A DNA stretch of 64,000 nucleotides from Nitrospirota bacterium (GCA_963710375.1 CAVPZX010000002.1:992001-1056000); one strand, 5' to 3'. Shown: positions 33,649-43,849, counted from the first letter of the stretch. A program made the numbers and translations. Notes: generated by a model from the letters alone, not told the origin.

Positions 33649-33780
33649 TTTCATTTTATACGTTAATTTTTCAGGATATTTTCACTTTATGCGTTAAAGC
33701 TATTTCATCTTATACGTTAAATTCCTCCATAACTGATTGAAATTTGGTCGCCTTAATTTCATTTTATGTGTTAACCTACA
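33649..33780 (-). repeat. Distal transposon end: three sites, IHF-like site, terminal site, ACA
   Basis: Sites at 33649, 33679 (exact inverse of 9938-9956), 33703, 33757; TAACTGATTGAAA 33730-33742; followed by CATGCT. Confidence 0.9.
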
Positions 33781-33792
33781 CATGCTGTTATT

Positions 33793-34788
33793 ATGGCGAA
33801 CACTAGGCCTGAGCATTTTACGAAGGAAGAACTGGATTATTCGCACTCGGTGCTGAACCAGATTGCCGGAAATACTGATCAAGCCGATCCGTTCTGTTGC
33901 CGGACTGAGTGGCAGTTCTCGTTTCACGAAGTTTTCAGCCCTCAGAGGAGTTTGTATTTCCTCAGTACGCATAATAGTATAATTGCGTTTGCAGGTTATG
34001 AATACCCTGATATCGGGTATATCTTGGAACCGATCGAGTCGAACTGGCTGTTTGGCTGTCCCTTGCTCGGGCCGGATGCTGCTGCATTGCTGAAAACATT
34101 ACTGCAGGAAAAACCCTTTGATTATGCCAAACCGTTTATCCTGCTGAGCGGTCTTATTCCCGGCTCCTCAGTGTTAATGAAGGTCCTGACGATTTTTAAA
34201 AAATACTATGAAATTATTCGGCTGGAGCCCTCTGTTTCCCGATGCGCTTCACTCTCCGGAAATGTTGATGGCTACTTGTCCAGGCGCTCCGCCAATTTCC
34301 GCCGGAACATCAGGCGGGCAGCCTTGCAGTTGGCAGACAGAGATGTGATATTTGAGCGTTGCCTTCCTATATCTATAGAGCAGGCAGACGAAACTTATGA
34401 GCGGATGCTTACTGTTGAAAAGCTGAGCTGGAAAGGCATAGAACAGTGCGGGATAACTATCCAGCCCTCCCGCGACTTTTACCGACTGATACTCCGGCGG
34501 CTTAGTCTATCTGGAATGGGCAGAGTCATTTTCGCTAAAAATGGCGATCAGGACATCGGGTATATGTTCGGAGGGATAGCCATGGGACATTACCGGGGGT
34601 TGCAGTTCAGTTATGGCGAGGACTGGAGCAGCTATTCTATCGGCAACTTGTTGCAAATGGAAACTGTCCGATGGCTGTGTGAAGAGGAGATAACCCGATA
34701 TGACCTGGGACAAACCATGGATTACAAGATCCGCTGGGCAGAACTGGAATTGCAAACCGAGAACTTACTGTTGCGCCCTCTGAAGTGA
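33793..34788 (+). CDS. GNAT-family (CelD/BcsL-like) acetyltransferase-domain protein
   Basis: YL...SANFRRNIRR, YSIGNLLQ, RYDLG..MDYK.RW. Confidence 0.7.
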   Translation: MANTRPEHFTKEELDYSHSVLNQIAGNTDQADPFCCRTEWQFSFHEVFSPQRSLYFLSTHNSIIAFAGYEYPDIGYILEPIESNWLFGCPLLGPDAAALLKTLLQEKPFDYAKPFILLSGLIPGSSVLMKVLTIFKKYYEIIRLEPSVSRCASLSGNVDGYLSRRSANFRRNIRRAALQLADRDVIFERCLPISIEQADETYERMLTVEKLSWKGIEQCGITIQPSRDFYRLILRRLSLSGMGRVIFAKNGDQDIGYMFGGIAMGHYRGLQFSYGEDWSSYSIGNLLQMETVRWLCEEEITRYDLGQTMDYKIRWAELELQTENLLLRPLK

Positions 34789-34909
34789 AGCGAGGGAGTT
34801 AAAATCAGAGCGCAGCCACAACCTTGACAGCAAAGCCCTTTTTCGATACAGTTTGATTAGAAACAGGTGGAAAGCTTTTTTTTAAACTATTTTTTTTAGG
34901 AGGTGCGCG

Positions 34910-35170
34910 ATGACTTACACACAAGACGATTTGGTCGACAAGATACTGGATATGTACCCGGAAATAAAAAAGCACGGCCTCTTTTTAGACCTGACTTTCA
35001 GCGATGAAAAAAATGCCTGGATCATAAAATTGACTAGAGATAGCAAAAAGTTGACGACCTATTTGGAGAAGCAAGATGCCGACGAATGCATGAATAACAT
35101 CAAATGCGTCTATTTGGGTGTGCAGGTGGAGCAGTTCATCAGTAATTTTGAGGAGAGGATTCTTGAATGA
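34910..35170 (+). CDS. Small hypothetical protein
   Basis: Strong RBS AGGAGG; 86 aa. Confidence 0.65.
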   Translation: MTYTQDDLVDKILDMYPEIKKHGLFLDLTFSDEKNAWIIKLTRDSKKLTTYLEKQDADECMNNIKCVYLGVQVEQFISNFEERILE

Positions 35171-35246
35171 TAAACATAGAGGCACTGAGGCGCTGGAAAA
35201 CAATGATAAGACTTCTTGACGGGACTAATTGTGCGCAAACCGACAA

Positions 35247-35687
35247 TTATTGGCTGTCGCCTTCTTCATTCTGCCGCTGATGTGCTTTAGCTCTTCTGGC
35301 AGAGAGCACTCTGTCTAATGCCAACTGTACCCTTTTGCTCAGGGTATCCACGCTAATCGGCTTCATTATAAAGTCGTTAACACCCATCTCGACGGCATTC
35401 ATGATAATCTCCTTCTCGTTGGAGGCAGTTAACATCAGGAACTGGGTGTCTTTGAGATTCTCCTGCTCTTTTATCCAGGCAAACAGTTCGGTTCCTTTCA
35501 TTCCCGGCATGTTCCAGTCGCATATCACGATATCACAAGGGTTTATCGCCAGTTTGTCCTTGGCCACATCACCAGCGCTTGCCTCGTCTATGACGATTCC
35601 TGTTGGAAACGATGCTTTGATGCTGGCCTTTACAAAGGTCCTCATTGGGGATTGGTCATCGACTATCAGAATTTTAATGTTTTCCAT
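35247..35687 (-). CDS. Single-domain response regulator (CheY-like)
   Basis: ILIVDD, CDWNMPGMKG, MLTA, FIMKP. Confidence 0.9.
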   Translation of the reverse strand: MENIKILIVDDQSPMRTFVKASIKASFPTGIVIDEASAGDVAKDKLAINPCDIVICDWNMPGMKGTELFAWIKEQENLKDTQFLMLTASNEKEIIMNAVEMGVNDFIMKPISVDTLSKRVQLALDRVLSARRAKAHQRQNEEGDSQ

Positions 35688-35803
35688 TAACCCTCCCCTA
35701 TCGCCTTGCGTGTTTGCCGGTTATCTAAAAGTATATTATATCAACTTCGCGTTTAGTTCAATAGGAAACAGTGCTAAGTTCTCATTAATCTAAAGTTTTT
35801 TGT

Positions 35804-36433
35804 TCATCTTGTCTCGTTCCGTTTCTGCCCGCCTTCTCCTATCAAAAACCGCTCAAGGGCTTCGTACGGCTGCGCTCCGACAAGTTTTGCGTTGTTTACC
35901 ACGAAGGTCGGGACTGCGGTTATGCCGAGTGCATGGGACCGCTTCCAGTCAGCATCAACTGCCTGTTTAAAGCTACGGGCATCCAGCACTGCCTGCGCCT
36001 GATCTTCAAGAAGCCCAATTGATCCGGCCAGCCTGATTAGTTCATTCGGCTTGCCGATGTTTATCCCTTCTACAAAATACGCGCGAAACATCGCCTCGTG
36101 AAATTGCTCTCCGTTGCCCCGCGATTCGGCCCATTTGGACAACTCCTGGGCAAGGCGGCTGTTACAGGTCTTTTTGCGCTCGCCCAAAGGCAGGCCCAGC
36201 TCCAGCGCAACCTTTCGCAGCCTCTGCATCATCTGCCCGATGTCCAGATTGCGGCCCGCAAAGAGTTCTTCAAGAGTGAGGCCGTCTTCAGGGATGCCGG
36301 GGTGAAGAGGAAACGCGACCCATTGTACAACTATGTCATACTGTTTTCTTAATTGGTCAATACGCACGGTACTGAAATAGCACCATGGTCAGATATAATC
36401 GGAAAATACTTCAAAGAGTAATGGAGCGACCAT
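35804..36433 (-). CDS. DsbA/FrnE-family oxidoreductase, probable selenoprotein (U-P-W-C)
   Basis: ATG 36433 after GGAGG: MVAPLLFEVFSDYI-TGA-PWCYFSTV continues in frame into ORF 35804-36367 (GITAVPTF, GAQPY). Confidence 0.85.
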
Positions 36434-36653
36434 TCGAACCTCCAAAATTATGTCTTTAAGCACTCGTGCCGGACTGAAGGATATAAACGCTCCGACATTG
36501 ATTTTAATTATAGTTGAAAACATCTGAAAAATGATGATTATTAAAAGAATGTGTCAAGAAGTTGTTCCGGGGGCTATTTTATGTTTATAATGACCTAGCC
36601 GAGACACTCTGATATTGTGCAGAAATTCGCGCTAGACTTAGACCGGAGTTCAG

Positions 36654-36968
36654 ATGACAGTTCAGTATAAAGCAGACTTCGATAAGCTTGACTGGGAGTC
36701 ACCAGTTGAAGGGGTGAGACACAAGTATATCGACCAGAATAATTTACGTCTCCGGCTGGTTGAATACTTAAAAGAGATGACACCGCATTGGTGTGAAAAG
36801 GGACACTACGGGTATCTCATTGAAGGCCAAATGGAAATTGAATATGAAAATTCCAAAATAATTTATAACCCAGGTGATGGTATTTTCATTCCGGACGGCC
36901 CTGATCATAAGCATCGAGGCAGAGTCCTCTCTGGGAAAGTGTTAGCTTTCTTTATTGAAAAAGTCTAA
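36654..36968 (+). CDS. Cupin-domain protein
   Basis: PHWCEKGHYGYLIEG...PGDGIFIP....HKH. Confidence 0.75.
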   Translation: MTVQYKADFDKLDWESPVEGVRHKYIDQNNLRLRLVEYLKEMTPHWCEKGHYGYLIEGQMEIEYENSKIIYNPGDGIFIPDGPDHKHRGRVLSGKVLAFFIEKV

Positions 36969-37007
36969 CCGGATAATCTGAAGAGGAGGAAATGAATATT
37001 GTGAGGT

Positions 37008-37430
37008 GTGTGTAAAATGCAGAAATCAAATGTATTAGATGTCTTGATAGATCTCAGGTTTGCCGACTTCGATGCCTTCAGGCATGTGAACAATGCGGTT
37101 TATTTTACATTTATGGAAACAGCCCGGTATAAGCTCATCCGGGAGGATTTGCTTGAATTGTCCGCACGGGGGATACTTATGGTGGTGGGAACTGCCTCCT
37201 GTGAATATCGCTTGCCGATCTCGATGGACAACAACACCCAGGTTACGGTTTCGGTTTGGATTTCACGCCTCGGTAATTCGAGTTTCGATCTGGGATACCT
37301 GATACATGACGGCGCAGGAAAATCATTTGCGACCGCTAAAACAACGATGATCTGTTTTGATACTGTCAATAAAGTTCCTGTTGCTGTACCGGAACGTATC
37401 AGAGAACTTTATTCCGCAGCTGGCGATTAA
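37008..37430 (+). CDS. Acyl-CoA thioesterase (4HBT/YbgC hotdog fold)
   Basis: RFADFDAFRHVNNAVYFTFMETAR, LGNSSF. Confidence 0.88.
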   Translation: MCKMQKSNVLDVLIDLRFADFDAFRHVNNAVYFTFMETARYKLIREDLLELSARGILMVVGTASCEYRLPISMDNNTQVTVSVWISRLGNSSFDLGYLIHDGAGKSFATAKTTMICFDTVNKVPVAVPERIRELYSAAGD

Positions 37431-37585
37431 TCCTGTATTTTCAATCTCAAATGAAGATTTAACTCATGCTTCATCCCTATGTAACATTAGTTTGTTATTC
37501 TCAGTACAGCAAGTGAAAAGTTCTCTCAGCGCAGACATCCAATGAGTCGCTAAATCCAATTGCTTTTCGTGTCGGTGCAGCTAAT

Positions 37586-38005
37586 ATGCGGGTATTCAAG
37601 AAGGTCGTTGACATAATAATCAAATTAATGATTCCGCTTGTCATTCTCGCTCTCATGATAGGGGTTGCCAGGATATTCCTTGATTTAAGAGAGGTTTTCA
37701 AGAGCCCAACCATCGCAGGCGGTTTTGACATCATGGTGGCTAATATCCTCTCGATGTTCATTATTGTTGAGCTTCTCAAAGGGATCATCGAATATTTTGA
37801 GATACACAGGGTGAAGATTACCTTTATCACCGATGCAACATTAGTTTTTATACTCAGGGAAGTCATGATCGGCATATATCAACATCGTATGCGATGGACT
37901 GAGATCCTTTCAATCTCAGCTCTGTTGCTCGTCATCGGCGCTATAAGGACCATGGCTATAGTCTATTCGCCGGACAAGAATAAGGAGGTGGCTGTCCATG
38001 AATAA
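37586..38005 (+). CDS. PsiE-like membrane protein
   Basis: 4 TM; FIIVEL, FILREV motifs. Confidence 0.7.
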   Translation: MRVFKKVVDIIIKLMIPLVILALMIGVARIFLDLREVFKSPTIAGGFDIMVANILSMFIIVELLKGIIEYFEIHRVKITFITDATLVFILREVMIGIYQHRMRWTEILSISALLLVIGAIRTMAIVYSPDKNKEVAVHE

Positions 38006-38168
38006 GGATCAAATCGGGAGAATTGAAACTATTATAATAACCATTACGTTGATGGTCGGAATGTTATTAATGATGCTCCACTGGAGGTGAACGCGCATAT
38101 GTTTACAGTTGGGTATTCACCGGCTTCAAAGGGGTACAATAAGACTATCATACGACAGCGGGAGTTCC

Positions 38169-38531
38169 ATGCTTTACAAGATAATTGCAGATATAGTCGT
38201 CTCCGTACATTTATTATGGATACTTTTTTTGATGTTTGGAGCCATTTGGGGAAGGAGAAATCCGACGATAAGGATCATTCATATTTTAGGGTTGGCGTTT
38301 ACTATCATTATTCAGGTGTTTGATTGGTATTGTCCTTTAACTGACATGGAGGTATGGCTTAGATCAAAACAAGACAAGGCTTTGTCCTATACCGGCTCAT
38401 TTATTGTTCATTATATAGAGAAAATCGTCTATCTTGAGATCTCCCGCGAGCTGATTTTCGCATTAAGCATTGTCCTGTGCGGGATAAATGCATGGCTCTA
38501 TCTCGGCAAGAGGCAAAAAAGATCAGGTTAA
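38169..38531 (+). CDS. DUF2784-like membrane protein
   Basis: MLYKIIADIVV.VH, CPLT..E.WLR, FIVHY. Confidence 0.7.
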   Translation: MLYKIIADIVVSVHLLWILFLMFGAIWGRRNPTIRIIHILGLAFTIIIQVFDWYCPLTDMEVWLRSKQDKALSYTGSFIVHYIEKIVYLEISRELIFALSIVLCGINAWLYLGKRQKRSG

Positions 38532-39299
38532 TCGCGGTCAAGAATAAAATTGAACTCGGTGGTCGTCCACTCTTTTGAACTGGAGTTTAATGATTTCTCG
38601 ATAAATCTGACTTCATCTTTATTGCTGATAAATATTAGTGTTGAAGATACGGTTCCGTAAATTGGTGTTGCAACGAAGACTGACGATAATACGCGTTCTA
38701 ATTCCAGTCCGACTCCTGTGTCCGGGAGTCTCTTCGTCAGGGGGTTTTGAAGTATCTAAAAGTATTTCGAATAAGTCGGAATCCGATATGTTTTTATGCA
38801 TTATAGCTTTTGTGAATGATTGTTTGCTTTTTTCTACTTTAGGCCAGGGAGCATCGAGGAGATGATTGCTCAATCCGTATATTCCAGGCGATAGCATAGC
38901 TGATTCCCGGGTGTGATTTGAAAAATAGTATAATTCGGATTGATCAGAGAATAGCAGATTAAAACCGTTATAAAGATGACCATTTTTTATTAATTTAGCT
39001 GCATAGTCCTTAGGGTCAGCTGTTCCAGCCAGGAAATCGATTACGAGTTTCCCTCTCGACGGGGCATCCTTTTTATATTCAGCACTAGACCGGTAGTTTG
39101 TTATAGCAGAAAACTTCCCGGTTTTGGTTATGCCCAGCCATGTTCCGCCGGCATGAAGATCTTTTCCTGCGAGGAGCGCGGGGTGGTCCTCCCAGAATGA
39201 CGCCTTAGCTGTTGGACGGCTATAAAATTCATCCCGGTTGGCCGCGATTATCATTTTGTAATTTGGATGAGTTTTGTAAGAAATGTTAAGTATGCACAT
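38528..39299 (-). CDS. NRDE/TANGO2-family protein, frameshifted near 38728
   Basis: MC start, ANRDEFY.RPT, GGTWLG, SRG.LV; alternate frame gives LPDTGVGLELER.LSS.F....YGT. Confidence 0.85.
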
Positions 39300-39412
39300 T
39301 TTTAGGCCTCTGCCGACTTCATGTATTTCTACCAGTAATCAGCGAATTTAATCAATAAAAAAATTGACAAGTGTCTCTCCTAGTGCTATTTTTCTCTCAT
39401 AGAGGAGGAGGC

Positions 39413-40327
39413 ATGGAACTAAAGGGCGGTATGGGCGTCGAGGCGCCACTCGACTGCATCGTCATAGGGGCTGGTCCCGGGGGCTTACAAGCCTGCATCC
39501 ACCTCGGCCGCTACAACTTCCGGGTACTGCTCTTCCACCATCCAGGGGGGCGGACCCACCACGCGAAGCACATCGAGAACTACCTGGGCCACCGCGCTGT
39601 CTCGGGCCCGGACCTCCTGAAAACAGGCCTTGCCCAGGCTGAGAGCTTCGGCGTTGCTGTGGAGCGCGCCAAGGTGGAGCGCGTCGTGGCCAGGGATGGT
39701 CACTTCGAGGTGTATGCCGCGGGCAAGACCTACCACTCCCGCTTTGTCATCGCTGCCTCAGGGGCCAGGGAGAGCACCGCACCTTTCAAGAATCTAGCGC
39801 GCTTCTTCGGCACCTCCTACTTCACCTGTATGATCTGCGACGGCTACCGCACTACCGGCAGGAAGCTGCTTGTCATTGACCGCACCTTGAAGGGCGCGCG
39901 CCTCAGCGTCCGCATGAAGCATATGTTCACCAGCGATGTTACCTTTCTCGCCCAGGGCTTTTCATTAATGCCGGAGTATGTGGCACTGCTAGCTGAGGAG
40001 GGGATCGGCCTGGTTGAGGGACGGCCGGAGGAGCTTCTCGGCGAGGAGACACTAGAGGGGGTGCGGCTCGCTGACGGGCGTGTTATCCCCTGCGAGGTCA
40101 TAATGGGGTGGGGGGGGATATCACTGAATGACGAGTATCTCGAGGGTCTCCCTCTGGAGCGCGATGCAGAAGGGTTCAAGATCGTGACGAGGGGATCGGG
40201 CGAGTCGAGCATCCCAGGCCTCTTCGTTCTCGGCGCTCTTCGCCAGGGCCACTCCCAGGCTATCATCTCCGCAGGCCAGGGGGCCGAGGCTGCGATAGAG
40301 ATCAGTGGGAGGATCGTCGAGCCCTAA
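39413..40327 (+). CDS. Thioredoxin-reductase-like FAD-dependent oxidoreductase
   Basis: IGAGPGG, IENYLG, CMICDG, SIPGLF. Confidence 0.8.
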   Translation: MELKGGMGVEAPLDCIVIGAGPGGLQACIHLGRYNFRVLLFHHPGGRTHHAKHIENYLGHRAVSGPDLLKTGLAQAESFGVAVERAKVERVVARDGHFEVYAAGKTYHSRFVIAASGARESTAPFKNLARFFGTSYFTCMICDGYRTTGRKLLVIDRTLKGARLSVRMKHMFTSDVTFLAQGFSLMPEYVALLAEEGIGLVEGRPEELLGEETLEGVRLADGRVIPCEVIMGWGGISLNDEYLEGLPLERDAEGFKIVTRGSGESSIPGLFVLGALRQGHSQAIISAGQGAEAAIEISGRIVEP

Positions 40328-40347
40328 CTGTTAAAAAGGAGGGAACA

Positions 40348-41139
40348 ATGGATCTGAAACTGACAGGTAAACTTGCTCTGGTTTCCGGCAGCACCGCAGG
40401 GATTGGCTACGCGATTGCAGAATCGCTGGCCCGTGAAGGTGCTCATGTTATAGTCAACGGTCGTTCAAAGGATTCTGTTGAGGCTGCATTGGCTCGCATG
40501 CGAGAGGAATTTAACTGTACACTCTTTGGTTTCAGCGGCGATCTGGGCTCTGCAGAAGCGGCTGAAGAGGTCGCGCGAGAACATCCAAACGTCGAAATAC
40601 TTATTAATAATTTGGGCATTTATGAGCCACGGGCCTTCGAGGATATCTCGGATGATGACTGGCGACGTCTCTTTGAGGTTAATGTTTTGAGCGGAGTGCG
40701 CTTGACTCGACTCTTCTTGCCTGGAATGAAGCGCCGCAACTGGGGACGCATCATTTTTGTTTCGAGTGAAAGTGGTGTTCAGATCCCTGCTGAAATGATC
40801 CATTACGGAGTGACTAAAACAGCACTCCTCGGAGTTGCCCGCGGATTGGCCGAGGCAGTGGCAGGCACGGGTATCACTGTTAACAGCGTTCTCCCCGGCC
40901 CCACCAAGTCCCGCGGGGTGAGTGATTTTATCGAGGCCCTTGCTAAGACAGAAGGAAAGTCTATCGACGAGATCGAGCAGGAATTCTTCAAACAAGTTCG
41001 GCCTACTTCGCTCATTAAGCGATTTGCTACATCTCAGGAAGTCGCCTCCATGGTGACCTATATATGCAGCCCGCTATCATCAGCGACTACAGGCGCACCA
41101 TTACGGGTCGATGGAGGAGTAATAAAAAGTGCTTTTTAG
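40348..41139 (+). CDS. Short-chain dehydrogenase/reductase
   Basis: SGSTAGIG, NNLG, YGVTK, VDGG. Confidence 0.9.
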   Translation: MDLKLTGKLALVSGSTAGIGYAIAESLAREGAHVIVNGRSKDSVEAALARMREEFNCTLFGFSGDLGSAEAAEEVAREHPNVEILINNLGIYEPRAFEDISDDDWRRLFEVNVLSGVRLTRLFLPGMKRRNWGRIIFVSSESGVQIPAEMIHYGVTKTALLGVARGLAEAVAGTGITVNSVLPGPTKSRGVSDFIEALAKTEGKSIDEIEQEFFKQVRPTSLIKRFATSQEVASMVTYICSPLSSATTGAPLRVDGGVIKSAF

Positions 41140-41142
41140 ACC

Positions 41143-41168
41143 CACCCCCCCTTAGTTTAGGGGGGGTG
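41143..41168. terminator. GC stem-loop between convergent genes
   Basis: CACCCCCCCT...AGGGGGGGTG. Confidence 0.55.
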
Positions 41169-41195
41169 TTCAAACGGGTGCGGGTTGCTCTGCTT

Positions 41196-43034
41196 CTAGC
41201 CTCCGAAAAGGGTCTTTAGACTCATCAGGAGTGAGATATTTCCATCAACCCTGAATTTGCCGGACATAAAGGCCATCTGTCCATCCAGTTGTCCCTTGGA
41301 TATTGCCAGCCAGATGTCTGCTGGGGATTTTACAACCACACTAGGATTCTCATGGGGGCCTTCATGGAAGACGCACTTACCGTTAGAGATGACGAGATGG
41401 GCTACAAATTCTTCAGGCCCGGTTATCTCGAATTGGTAGACTGCGCTAAGGTCTCCGGCAGCACCGGCTTTGAATCCCATTGGCATCATTTTTAAAAGTT
41501 CGAGGCAGCTTCCCGCTGCCTGTGGACCAGCTGGTTTTTTATCCGTTTCACTCATAGTGTTGTCTCCTCCTTTTTTGTTTTCTTCCTTAATAAGGTCCTT
41601 GAGCCACTGCTTTCTGGTCTCCTTGTCGTACAAAAACGGGGAAAACTCTTGCTTTGCATATGCCTCGAAACTATCGAGGAGACCGCTCTCCTGCCAGTGC
41701 TTATAGTCGTCAACCATGAAGCCTTTCTCCCGTGTAACCAGGTCCCTCATAAAGAGATAGAAGCGGAGATCGTCCCCTGTTACCGGAACTCGCCTTTTCT
41801 CTTTAACAGCCTTCGCGAAAACCCCGGCGAGGTCTGCGGCACTGGCTTCAACGGTTTCTTTCCCCAGAAATCCTCCTGGCCCGGTAGCAATGGCGGTAAA
41901 GTTGCCGACAGAAAACGCGCCGAAAGGCCTGAGTACTTGTTCGAGATAGCGCGCAGTATCAGTGTCGTGAAGGCCTCCCGAGACGGTTACGGCAAGACCC
42001 GGTTTCCATGTTGACCTCGGCTTGTGGCCGAAACTCAATGAGCGGTCTATGAAGGTCTTCATCTGAGCGGTCACGGACATGAAATAAACCGGAGAGGCCA
42101 GGATAATACCGTCGGCGGCCAGGAGTTTGTCAGTGATGCCGGCATGGTCGTCATGACGCCAGCATTTTTTATTTTCGAGACAGAAACCGCAGCCCACGCA
42201 GTATTCTATCCTGTGGTTGGAAAGGAATATCTCCTCCATTTCCACCCCTTCCCTTGACAAGCCGTCTGCGATCATGCGAAGCATTATGCTTGTGTTGCCT
42301 ATGGCATTATGCGGCGAACCGTTTACTGCGACTACTTTGTACTTTGCTTCCATTTTTTCCTCCTTTTTGTCTTGAACAGCTGAATTTTTGCGGTTATCTG
42401 AGATCTGCCCAACCCTTTCTTCAGGCGTGACAGGTATAATCCCCAACTTTTTCTGATAATAAGCTGGATACTTGGCGTTTAAAGGTAAACCAACCCCCAG
42501 CATAATGAGCATCGGCAGGACCACCTGAAAAAGCATGGCGGTGAACATGCCGGGAGGCAGCGATGCAAGGTCCGGGATGACGGTAATGAATGCCGATACA
42601 GCAAATAGCAGTGACCATGCAAGGCTCATGTTCCGGTTGATGGTCCTGTAAATGTCTGTGTCCCTGAACGCCTCTGGAGTGATCTTGTTTGCGAAGTATT
42701 CTGTGAAGTAGCGCTTCTGGAACAGTGCCGGGAATGCTGTTACGCAGAAAAGCACCGTGTACAGCAAGCATGTCGGCAAATCAGAGGCAGCTGGTGAAAG
42801 GCTTCGTGCTGACAACAGGAAGATACCGGTCTGAAGCCCGGTATAAATGAGAAGTCCCTTGTCTATAGCGGATAATCCCGACACCCTTTTTTTCAGTGCC
42901 ATGACCGCTGACATGAGCAGGAGCGCTGCCAGACTTGCCGGTCTTATTACTTGCGGAATCCCGGCCCAAATATTTAGCGAGGTGAGCAGCATACTTATGA
43001 TTACGAAGGGCAATGCTGTCAGCAAGCGTTTCAT
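41196..43034 (-). CDS. Fusion: multi-TM domain + iron-sulfur flavoprotein/flavodoxin-like + SCP2 domain
   Basis: NGSP..GNT, CVGCGFC....C...DD, ASPVY, MKTFIDR; C-terminal AFMSGKFRVDGN. Confidence 0.8.
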   Translation of the reverse strand: MKRLLTALPFVIISMLLTSLNIWAGIPQVIRPASLAALLLMSAVMALKKRVSGLSAIDKGLLIYTGLQTGIFLLSARSLSPAASDLPTCLLYTVLFCVTAFPALFQKRYFTEYFANKITPEAFRDTDIYRTINRNMSLAWSLLFAVSAFITVIPDLASLPPGMFTAMLFQVVLPMLIMLGVGLPLNAKYPAYYQKKLGIIPVTPEERVGQISDNRKNSAVQDKKEEKMEAKYKVVAVNGSPHNAIGNTSIMLRMIADGLSREGVEMEEIFLSNHRIEYCVGCGFCLENKKCWRHDDHAGITDKLLAADGIILASPVYFMSVTAQMKTFIDRSLSFGHKPRSTWKPGLAVTVSGGLHDTDTARYLEQVLRPFGAFSVGNFTAIATGPGGFLGKETVEASAADLAGVFAKAVKEKRRVPVTGDDLRFYLFMRDLVTREKGFMVDDYKHWQESGLLDSFEAYAKQEFSPFLYDKETRKQWLKDLIKEENKKGGDNTMSETDKKPAGPQAAGSCLELLKMMPMGFKAGAAGDLSAVYQFEITGPEEFVAHLVISNGKCVFHEGPHENPSVVVKSPADIWLAISKGQLDGQMAFMSGKFRVDGNISLLMSLKTLFGG

Positions 43035-43771
43035 GATATGAGCGCCTCCTTGTCTTTTAAGTGGCTCGCCGAGGCCACCCGTTTGCGAAAGGTGCGCTCG
43101 AACACGTAGTTCCTTATTGTCCTTGCAGCCTGCACAAGGCCTTTTGTAGTTTCAGCGTCCTCATCCTCAGGCATGTCAGCAGTGATCCGCATGCGCAGGC
43201 GCATCTCGCCATCAACGAGCAGTTTGGCGAGCTGTGAGTAAAAAATGATGTCGGCAAGTTCCAGCCCTTTCCCGAATCCCGCTGCATAAAACCTTCCCAC
43301 TTCGACGTCGGATTGATTGAACAAACCTTTTTCGATGGGCAGGAGGAGACCGTTGTCCAGGAGTTCCCTGACCTGTTTACGGTTGAGGCCTGTGGAAGAA
43401 CAGAAGGTCTTTTCATCCATCGAGGGCGCGTCGTCACCGGCAAAGATGACCCTGCTCAGGTCAACCAGGTGGGCGATCTCCTTTCCCTGGTCCTTTGAAT
43501 CAAGGAGCATCTTGATCTTACTCAGGGGGAAAGAATATTTGGCCTGCATGTCCTTGACGAATTTTATTCTCTCTATGCACGAGGGGTCATAATAGGCCAT
43601 ATTCGGGCCGGTCTTTTCCGGCTCGGGAAGCAGACCTTGGGCCAGGTAGTGCAGTATTGCGGACTTGGGCAGGCCTGTGGCTGCCATAAGGTCTTTCATC
43701 CTGAGCAACCTCTTCTGCGTCACTTCCTTTTTTGTAATGGTGTTCTCCTCAATGTTTTTGACTACAGACAT
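43031..43771 (-). CDS. MerR-family transcriptional regulator
   Basis: MKDL..ATGL.KSAILHY...GLLP, IERIKF. Confidence 0.85.
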   Translation of the reverse strand: MSVVKNIEENTITKKEVTQKRLLRMKDLMAATGLPKSAILHYLAQGLLPEPEKTGPNMAYYDPSCIERIKFVKDMQAKYSFPLSKIKMLLDSKDQGKEIAHLVDLSRVIFAGDDAPSMDEKTFCSSTGLNRKQVRELLDNGLLLPIEKGLFNQSDVEVGRFYAAGFGKGLELADIIFYSQLAKLLVDGEMRLRMRITADMPEDEDAETTKGLVQAARTIRNYVFERTFRKRVASASHLKDKEALIS

Positions 43772-43820
43772 TCGTGCCTCCTTTCTTTTGTGCTTTGTTG
43801 ATATTGCCTCCCTGGATTGA

Positions 43821-43849
43821 AGGATAACATATCAAGCGAAAAGTGTCAA
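43821..43849 (-). promoter_or_regulatory. Sigma70-type promoter for the merR-like gene
   Basis: TTGACA-N17-TATCCT on the minus strand. Confidence 0.55.

Larger units (their letters stand above)
9932..33780. mobile_element. Tn7-like transposon island inserted just downstream of gyrB
   Basis: Terminal TGTCGGTTAACGCATAAAGTGAAA and inverted TGTAGGTTAACACATAAAATGAAA; multiple internal repeats; CATGCT on both flanks; tnsA/B/C/tniQ inside. Confidence 0.9.

Noticed and set aside
9932..33780. CRISPR-associated transposon or CRISPR array
   Set aside because: No cas genes and no repeat-spacer array seen; the ~20-bp repeats are nearly contiguous transposon-end sites
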